From a virus: DNA of 6,147 nucleotides. The notes under the pieces are model-generated. The model ran no database searches, was not told where the DNA came from, and saw only the letters and a program-made list of their open reading frames with translations. A program made the position numbers and the translations under genes. The stretch's first letter is position 1. Each line of letters opens with the position of its first letter. Below, piece by piece: positions 1 through 4,267 of this stretch. The stretch lies in the IMG/VR virus record IMGVR_UViG_3300045988_010419. The stretch is one strand, 5' to 3'.

Positions 1-99
1 CCTTGGCTTACGCTTCCACCTTGGCTTTGGCTGTTTCCTGTCTGACCCCATCCGCCTAAAGCTCCAGTGACGTTTTTTGCTGCTCCTGCGATTGTTCCG
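1..99. repeat. Terminal redundancy copy 1 (identical to 6049-6147); assembly overlap of a circular contig
   Basis: ccttggcttacgcttccaccttggctttgg...gctcctgcgattgttccg read at both ends, 99/99 identical by direct comparison. Confidence 0.95.
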
Positions 100-161
100 A
101 CCGTGTTCGCCACGTTTCCTGCTACGTTTAGTGCTGTTAAGAATCCTGATAATGCTCCCAT
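1..161 (-). CDS. VP2: VP2 minor capsid / DNA pilot protein, 5' (N-terminal) segment; continues at 6048 downward across the circular junction
   Basis: ATG at 161-159 (plus-strand cat). Minus-strand translation is MGALSGFLTALNVAGNVANTVGTIAGAAKNVTGALGGWGQTGNSQSQGGSVSQG..., with an uncharged Gly/Ala-rich N-terminus. Position 98 corresponds to 6146, which is in phase with the track ORF 5340-5948. Confidence 0.8.
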   Translation of the reverse strand, partial: MGALSGFLTALNVAGNVANTVGTIAGAAKNVTGALGGWGQTGNSQSQGGSVSQ

Positions 162-169
162 TTAAAAAT

Positions 170-189
170 AGCCCGGATTTCTCCGGGCT
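170..189 (-). terminator. Perfect 8-bp stem / GAAA-loop hairpin between the VP1 stop and VP2 start; candidate leaky intrinsic terminator and/or RBS-bridging structure
   Basis: Minus strand: AGCCCGGA-GAAA-TCCGGGCT followed by ATTTTTAA then ATG. The plus strand 170-177 agcccgga pairs with 182-189 tccgggct. It starts 10 nt after the VP1 TAA (202-200). Confidence 0.5.
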
Positions 190-199
190 TCCTCCTTTC

Positions 200-1882
200 T
201 TACAGTTTATACAAGCCCGGTACGCTGTACAACGGCATCCGTCTCGTGGTTTTGTTTGCTATGCGGATTGCACCGAAGAATTGCGGCTCATTCTGCACGA
301 TGAGCGTACGTGCAATTTCGGATTTCCCTTCTGTCATCCATTCCTGCGATAACGTTGGTACGGTTTCGTAGTAGTCTGCATAGTGCCAGAATTCCAGACT
401 GCCGGTTGCGTTGCTTCTCATGAGGCCTGAAACCCGATTGGGTTTCATCCTGTAGTCTGACCAGGCTTCTTGATACCCAAATGTTTCTTCGTCTGTCCCG
501 AGGCCTGTTAGCATGATTTCTTTCTTTTTGACAGGCTGTTCCCCCAAGTTTGCGAACTGGGGTACATAGTAATCCAGTCTGTCGGTTCTGCTCCAGAAAC
601 GTTCCAAACCCTGCTGATAACTGTGATTGTGTCGGACGCAACATACGCCAATTACAAAGCCATGTTCCTCAAAAGATTTTGTGAAACTGCTTTCATTGAT
701 TGGCGTTACCGACATTGCACCCGTCTCGCCAATTGGCGTGTCTCCGTTTGTCTGCTGACCGCTGGTCTGGACGATTTGATTAACGTTGACGTGATATCTG
801 CCACCGCCAAGGTACTCCGGCACCTGCACGGTTTTATCGCTGATTACCACGTCCCACAGTGCCTGTACCTGTTCGCGGTATCTGCTGCCGCCTCGTGCAA
901 GTGCCTCGTAGTACTGCTGTACTGCTACGGCTTTTCTCAAATCGTTGATGGTTGCTGCAGCTACTTCTCCAAGGTCTGCATACATCCATCCTCCTGCTCC
1001 TGTTTCGCCGCTTGCTCTTTCTTTTCCGTCGAATTGCATCGTCTTTTTTTCTCCGGGCGCTCCGGTGGAATTTCCGTATATCAGAGACCCGGGTGTGTTT
1101 TTTCCACTCACGTCTATTACCATTTCTACCGGTCCGTTGAAATTTTGGTAATTTCCTTTTGCGTCTCCCAATCTGATAGGTGCATTTCCTGCCAACGGTA
1201 ATGTCACTTCTGGTCCGCGCTGCGGATACGGCAGACAGCTGGTGAAGTAGTCGTGGAATTTGTTTACTGGTAAGCATCTGCCGCCGCTGATTGCGTGCTG
1301 TATATTTCCTTCAATGTTTTCTTCGTCTCCTGTGTCTTCATAATTTACATTATCGCTGTTGCTTTTCCATGCTGCTGCGTTTTCAACGTTTTCGTCCCTG
1401 AAAAACTCGTTCCAAATCATGACGTATGCTCTGACGGGAAGTGCGTTGACCGAGAATCCGTGCGAAATTTTTGTCGGTACTCCCATGTAGTCCAGGATGC
1501 TGTTTTCTTTTGGCAGTTTATTTTCTTCTTTTCCGTCTATAAAGATTTGCGGTACTCTGTAGGTCGTCGTTGGCATCCAAGGCGTTTTTTCGACTTCTCC
1601 CATAAATTGTTTGAATTCATCCCATAAGATGCGGTTAGGACAGTAGAAGTAGTAAAAATCGATGAACGCATCATCGAAAACAGGATATTTCGGCGTTGTC
1701 ATTCGGATGATTGCTGCCGTATCTACACTGAAAGTATCGCCCGGCAATACCTCGTCAACATAAAATGGAATCAGCTTGCCGGAATCGAACGTTGTTAAAA
1801 CCGTCTGGTCACGGTTGAATCTCGTTCGACTTGCTTTCATTTCCGGAATTTGGTTAAAGTGCCGTTCATTGTTTCGATTCAT
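200..1882 (-). CDS. VP1: VP1 major capsid protein (Microviridae F-like jelly-roll capsid), 560 aa
   Basis: Largest ORF. The N-terminus ...RFNRDQTVLTTFDSGKLIPFYVDEVLPGDTF... has the characteristic microvirus capsid motif (G.L.P....EVLPGD.F). A strong SD, AAGGAGGGAGAAGA, sits directly upstream of the ATG at 1882. An ATGA start/stop overlap with VP3 lies at 1879-1882. Confidence 0.95.
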   Translation of the reverse strand: MNRNNERHFNQIPEMKASRTRFNRDQTVLTTFDSGKLIPFYVDEVLPGDTFSVDTAAIIRMTTPKYPVFDDAFIDFYYFYCPNRILWDEFKQFMGEVEKTPWMPTTTYRVPQIFIDGKEENKLPKENSILDYMGVPTKISHGFSVNALPVRAYVMIWNEFFRDENVENAAAWKSNSDNVNYEDTGDEENIEGNIQHAISGGRCLPVNKFHDYFTSCLPYPQRGPEVTLPLAGNAPIRLGDAKGNYQNFNGPVEMVIDVSGKNTPGSLIYGNSTGAPGEKKTMQFDGKERASGETGAGGWMYADLGEVAAATINDLRKAVAVQQYYEALARGGSRYREQVQALWDVVISDKTVQVPEYLGGGRYHVNVNQIVQTSGQQTNGDTPIGETGAMSVTPINESSFTKSFEEHGFVIGVCCVRHNHSYQQGLERFWSRTDRLDYYVPQFANLGEQPVKKKEIMLTGLGTDEETFGYQEAWSDYRMKPNRVSGLMRSNATGSLEFWHYADYYETVPTLSQEWMTEGKSEIARTLIVQNEPQFFGAIRIANKTTRRMPLYSVPGLYKL

Positions 1883-2277
1883 TCTTCTCCCTCCTTTGCT
1901 TTAGGTTCTGCTTTAGGTTCCGCTGCTGCCATTTTTTGTAGTTCTTCAAGTTTCATGGCGTTTGCCTGTGCTGTTGCGATCATGCGGTGATACTCATGGA
2001 TATTTTGCGGAAATTCCGTAATATCCACTTCTGTTCCTTCCAGCGCTCCTTGTGACAGGCTTTTCAGAAATTGCGGGTCAAAACTTGCTTTTCGGACAAT
2101 GTTTTTGATATCACATTCATCCGCATAGCTTTCAATTTCCTGCTGGATGTCTATTGGTGCTGTTTCTTGCAGCACTTCTTGTCCTTCCTCGTCTTTTGCC
2201 CAGACGTATTGCTTTCGCATTTTTTCGCCTGGTGCAGAAAAGAAGGGCTTTCGCCCTTCTTCATATCGTTTATTCAT
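1879..2277 (-). CDS. VP3: VP3 internal scaffolding protein (132 aa from ATG 2277; the track version from TTG 2337 would be 152 aa)
   Basis: Position directly upstream of VP1 and translationally coupled to it, with typical size and an acidic C-terminus (AAAEPKAEPKAKEGEE). The ATG at 2277 (MNKRYEEG...) has GGGAGGG 8 nt upstream. The TTG at 2337 and ATG at 2334 have no SD and would overlap the preceding ORF by 60-68 nt. Identity rests on synteny and size, not on a motif I can verify. Confidence 0.6.
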   Translation of the reverse strand: MNKRYEEGRKPFFSAPGEKMRKQYVWAKDEEGQEVLQETAPIDIQQEIESYADECDIKNIVRKASFDPQFLKSLSQGALEGTEVDITEFPQNIHEYHRMIATAQANAMKLEELQKMAAAEPKAEPKAKEGEE

Positions 2278-2509
2278 TCGGCTTGCCCTCCCATACTTTC
2301 TCTTTGTCGTTCGTGAACGTGCCATGTTCGTCATCAAACACTGCCAGCTTGAAGCCGGTATAGTCGCCCGGTGCCTGTCCGACGAAAGTCTTTTCGTCTT
2401 TTGCCATCACATTGCACATACGTGCAAAGGTTGCATTGTTCTTGCTCTCGCCTACCCATGCGTAGCACTTTGCTACACTGTCCCAAAGACCAAAATATTC
2501 ATGTTTCAT
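2270..2509 (-). CDS. 79-aa conserved-type small nonstructural protein, tentatively VP5-like
   Basis: ATG at 2509 with SD AAAGGAGAG 8 nt upstream. The sequence Y..LWDSVAKCY......KNNATFARM.....PGDYTGFKLAVFDDEHGTF fits the pattern I recall for the small gokushovirus nonstructural protein (Y.D.KA...........A.R.F.......P.DY.L..LG.FDD.TG). The functional label is from memory and unverified. Confidence 0.5.
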   Translation of the reverse strand: MKHEYFGLWDSVAKCYAWVGESKNNATFARMCNVMAKDEKTFVGQAPGDYTGFKLAVFDDEHGTFTNDKEKVWEGKPNE

Positions 2510-2526
2510 GATATTTACTCTCCTTT

Positions 2527-2649
2527 TTACAGCCGGATGCCACCGCGCATTGGTTTCTGACTCAGGTTGATGGCTTTGGTTTTCCGTGCGGTTGTGTTAA
2601 ACATACGGCGGTCTTTTGCGCCTTTCATTGCTTTACGATGTCGTGCCAT
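2527..2649 (-). CDS. 40-aa highly basic DNA-binding/packaging protein (phiX174 J / gokushovirus ORF8 analogue); absent from the ORF track
   Basis: Hand translation of the minus strand gives MARHRKAMKGAKDRRMFNTTARKTKAINLSQKPMRGGIRL*, with 13 K/R versus 1 acidic residue. The C-terminal MRGGIRL resembles the MRGGIRF ending I recall for chlamydial microvirus ORF8. SD GAAGGGAG lies 7 nt upstream of the ATG at 2649. Confidence 0.75.
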   Translation of the reverse strand: MARHRKAMKGAKDRRMFNTTARKTKAINLSQKPMRGGIRL

Positions 2650-2860
2650 CGTTATACTCCCTTCGCATTAGCTCTAATTCAATGGCATTTACAAAGCTTT
2701 TCATTTGCCAAATTTCATCTATCAGCCTTTTTGCATCCTCAATGTTTGACACTTTTTTAATCATTTTGTAATTGCCGTCAATTTCTTTGTATTTTCGTGT
2801 GAGTAGCTCTTCTAGTGCTTCTTTGGTCTGGTCGCGCACATTCCATGTTTTGTGTACCAT
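2633..2860 (-). CDS. Hypothetical protein, 75 aa, predicted helical, no recognisable family
   Basis: ATG at 2860 with SD GAGGAG 5-6 nt upstream, embedded in the last codons of the preceding ORF. Tightly packed with both neighbours, and overlaps the J-like gene by 17 nt. Confidence 0.65.
   Translation of the reverse strand: MVHKTWNVRDQTKEALEELLTRKYKEIDGNYKMIKKVSNIEDAKRLIDEIWQMKSFVNAIELELMRREYNDGTTS
2825..2847. repeat. 23-nt direct repeat, copy A (ggtctggtcgcgcacattccatg)
   Basis: Matches 3035-3057 at 22/23 positions (g/t difference at 2834 vs 3044), 210 nt apart. Confidence 0.9.
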
Positions 2861-2862
2861 GG

Positions 2863-2985
2863 TTACTCCTCTTCTTTATCGTTGATGTTGTCATGCAGTG
2901 CATGATAGATTTCGTCAAGCTTTTCCAGAATCTGCATCATGATTCGGATTGCCTGTTTGACGTCTTTAATCGAAATCAGTGCCAT
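2863..2985 (-). CDS. Hypothetical small protein, 40 aa (MALISIKDVKQAIRIMMQILEKLDEIYHALHDNINDKEEE); absent from the ORF track
   Basis: ATG at 2985 preceded by AAGGAG plus a 7-nt spacer. The stop TAA at 2865-2863 lies 2 nt before the next ATG. The operon-like packing supports a real gene. Confidence 0.55.
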   Translation of the reverse strand: MALISIKDVKQAIRIMMQILEKLDEIYHALHDNINDKEEE

Positions 2986-2989
2986 TTGT

Positions 2990-3064
2990 TTACTCCTTCA
3001 TGTTTTTTCTGTTTTGCTCACAATTTGTTTTTTCGGTCTGGTCTCGCACATTCCATGATTTCAT
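2990..3064 (-). pseudogene. 24-codon mini-ORF (MKSWNVRDQTEKTNCEQNRKNMKE) whose 5' end duplicates the 5' end of the 75-aa ORF; possible truncated paralogue or very small gene
   Basis: Codons 3-10 (SWNVRDQT) are encoded by a 23-nt copy (3035-3057) of the sequence encoding TWNVRDQT in ORF 2633-2860 (2825-2847), with 22/23 identity. Only a weak SD (AAGGAAA) is present. Its last codons carry the SD for the next ORF. Confidence 0.3.
3035..3057. repeat. 23-nt direct repeat, copy B (ggtctggtctcgcacattccatg)
   Basis: See copy A. Both copies sit 8-36 nt inside the 5' ends of minus-strand ORFs. Confidence 0.9.
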
Positions 3065-3137
3065 TGCTTGTTTTCCTTTTTCCCTTTCCAGGTTATGGCG
3101 TCATTCGATTGTCAGTTGATGCTGGTAAGTGCCATTT

Positions 3138-3530
3138 TTACACCCCCTTTCTGTATTTTTTCCCGGTTCGTACATCAAAGTGCACCCAGGATTTATATAC
3201 GATAATGCCGCATCCATCCGGTACGATTTCATTTAGCTTGTTGGCAAGTTCTTTTGGACTTATTCCATCTACCCGGATATCTGCTGCCATACCGCGCATA
3301 TGATAGCTGTATTTTGCTCCGTTGCATTTTTTGTTCCATTCTGGTGTTCTGTATCCGCTGGTTATAATGACCGGTTTCCCTAGCTTATGTCTTAAGATAT
3401 CCAGGATGGTGTATAGGTAGTCGTCTATGAATATTACCTGACTACCGTCTTTGCAAGCAAATTCCCTTACCCTAAAGTGTCTTGCTAGCTTTACGTTTCC
3501 ATCTGTGTCCATGATATAGCATTTAAGCAT
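3138..3530 (-). CDS. Zinc D-Ala-D-Ala carboxypeptidase-fold cell-wall peptidase (Peptidase_M15_3 / YcbK-DUF882-like), 130 aa; probable lysis enzyme
   Basis: The motifs are in canonical order: FRVREFACKDG, ITSGYRTPEWN, SYHMRGMAAD (H-x6-D zinc ligands), WVHFD (third ligand). The ATG at 3530 has AGGAGGG 9-10 nt upstream. The track start at 3539 is a TTG immediately abutting that SD and is less likely. Confidence 0.88.
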   Translation of the reverse strand: MLKCYIMDTDGNVKLARHFRVREFACKDGSQVIFIDDYLYTILDILRHKLGKPVIITSGYRTPEWNKKCNGAKYSYHMRGMAADIRVDGISPKELANKLNEIVPDGCGIIVYKSWVHFDVRTGKKYRKGV

Positions 3531-3535
3531 TTTTG

Positions 3536-3721
3536 TCAACCCTCCTTTTCTGTGAAGTACAGCTTTATTTCTTCAATCTTGTACAGGCTGTAGATTCCTT
3601 TGTGTTCTTCTGCGTATTCCTTTGCTCTCTTTTTTGCGTTTTTCGGTTCATCATTGATTTTTAATACTGTGGTCATGCTGTCGTCGTCGTTCCAACTTCT
3701 CAGTTCATATCTGTGTTTCAT
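3536..3721 (-). CDS. Hypothetical protein, 61 aa, hydrophilic; first gene downstream of the intergenic promoter
   Basis: The ATG at 3721 is preceded by AGAAAGGAAGGTG (a near-perfect anti-SD complement) plus a 6-nt spacer. The track start at 3730 is the GTG inside that SD. The stop TGA lies 5 nt upstream of the ATG I call for the peptidase gene and overlaps the alternative TTG start at 3539. Confidence 0.65.
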   Translation of the reverse strand: MKHRYELRSWNDDDSMTTVLKINDEPKNAKKRAKEYAEEHKGIYSLYKIEEIKLYFTEKEG

Positions 3722-3748
3722 TTTTAGCACCTTCCTTTCTGTGATTAT

Positions 3749-3777
3749 ATTTTATCATATTTTTTAAAAAAAGTCAA
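3749..3777 (-). promoter_or_regulatory. Sigma70/SigA-type promoter: -35 TTGACT (3777-3772), 17-nt spacer, extended -10 TGATAAAAT (-10 hexamer 3754-3749)
   Basis: Minus strand reads aacTTGACTttttttaaaaaataTGaTAAAATataatcacagaaaggaaggtg. It has an A/T-rich UP-like flank and would give a leader of about 20 nt to the ATG at 3721. Confidence 0.6.
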
Positions 3778-3908
3778 GTTTTTTTTAGAATTTTATTGAT
3801 ATATCAGTAGCCTGTTTTGCTCCTTTGTTTTGAATGGCGCTTTAGCGCCTTGCCGTGCGTAGCGTATGCGGAGCTCGGCTAATCCATTCATTATGAGCGC
3901 TGTGCGCG

Positions 3909-4021
3909 TTTTCAACACTTTCAACACTTTCAACAGGTTTTCAACAAAATGTTGCACAATGATTTCCGTCATTTTGACGGACTTTCAACATTTCAACAAT
4001 TTTTCAACAAAACTTTCAATA
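3909..4021 (+). repeat. Iteron array: 7 exact plus 1 degenerate copies of (T)TTCAACA in two clusters of four flanking a 6-bp hairpin
   Basis: TTCAACA occurs at 3911, 3920, 3929, 3940 and at 3984, 3992, 4003, with TTCAATA at 4015. All copies share one orientation, with spacings of 9, 9, 11 and 8, 11, 12 nt. The central hairpin is tccgtc-atttt-gacgga at 3965-3981. Confidence 0.9.
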
Positions 4022-4117
4022 TTGTTTTTTGCTTTTTATTTACGCTTTAACGTTAAATTTTAGTACTTATCAACTTTTCCACATTGCCTACTACTACTCC
4101 TACAACAAGTTAATATA

Positions 4118-4168
4118 ATATACGCGTGTGTGCGCACGCGCGTTTGCGCGCGTGCGCGCGCGCGCGCA
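4118..4168. repeat. CG-rich alternating purine-pyrimidine tract (26 nt + TT + 24 nt) with internal 11-bp GC hairpin
   Basis: 4118-4143 atatacgcgtgtgtgcgcacgcgcgt and 4145-4168 tgcgcgcgtgcgcgcgcgcgcgca alternate Pu/Py without a break. (GC)7 runs 4154-4167. 4132-4142 pairs perfectly with 4147-4157 around loop TTTG. Confidence 0.9.
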
Positions 4169-4199
4169 AAGCGGCAGCCCCAAGATTGGGGCGTGACGC

Positions 4200-4227
4200 A
4201 AGGGGTTGACTTTTAAGTCAACCCCTT
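4200..4227. other. 12-bp perfect stem-loop (aaggggttgact-ttta-agtcaacccctt)
   Basis: Base-by-base pairing of 4200-4211 with 4216-4227 around a 4-nt loop. A further 5-bp GC hairpin lies at 4177-4192 (gcccc-aagatt-ggggc). Confidence 0.85.
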
Positions 4228-4267
4228 TGAATCACTGAATAGACTGATACATGGAGTCCATAAATGA

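Noticed and set aside
1-99. Terminal direct repeat as a biological feature (DTR, LTR, transposon end)
   Set aside because: It lies wholly inside the VP2 reading frame, which continues in phase across the junction. The family has circular genomes. An exact 99-nt length is characteristic of assembler k-mer overlap.
834-1277. 147-aa Arg/Lys-rich ORF on the coding strand overprinted in an alternative frame of VP1 (and a similar 118-aa one at 288-644)
   Set aside because: Overprinted genes do exist in Microviridae (phiX174 B, K, E), so I considered these. Neither ATG has a Shine-Dalgarno sequence, although every accepted gene except VP2 has a conventionally spaced one. The products are low-complexity. 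Long stop-free alternative frames are expected by chance in a 1.7-kb purine-rich gene. Conservation or dN/dS analysis of the overlapping frame would be needed to revive them.
3536-3730. Track start codons GTG 3730, TTG 3539 and TTG 2337 for the 64-aa ORF, the peptidase and VP3
   Set aside because: In the first two cases the non-ATG codon falls within or immediately abuts the Shine-Dalgarno element, and TTG 2337 has no SD. An ATG at proper spacing lies downstream in each case (3721, 3530, 2277), so the shorter versions are preferred.
3836-3849. Small GC hairpin ggcgc-ttta-gcgcc and the surrounding GC-rich patch (3836-3910) as an ncRNA or tRNA-like element
   Set aside because: It has only a 5-bp stem. 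I could build no cloverleaf or extended conserved structure by eye, and no promoter or terminator pairing is evident. Evidence is insufficient to call an RNA gene.
3909-4021. Iteron array as a CRISPR array
   Set aside because: The repeat unit is only 7-9 nt with 1-5 nt between units. There are no spacers of CRISPR size, no leader and no cas genes.
3866-4063. Plus-strand 65-aa ORF in the intergenic region (…FNTFNTFNRFSTK…FQHFNNFSTK…)
   Set aside because: Its periodic peptide is just the translation of the TTTCAACA iteron array. It has no RBS, is on the wrong strand for this virus family, and spans the central hairpin.
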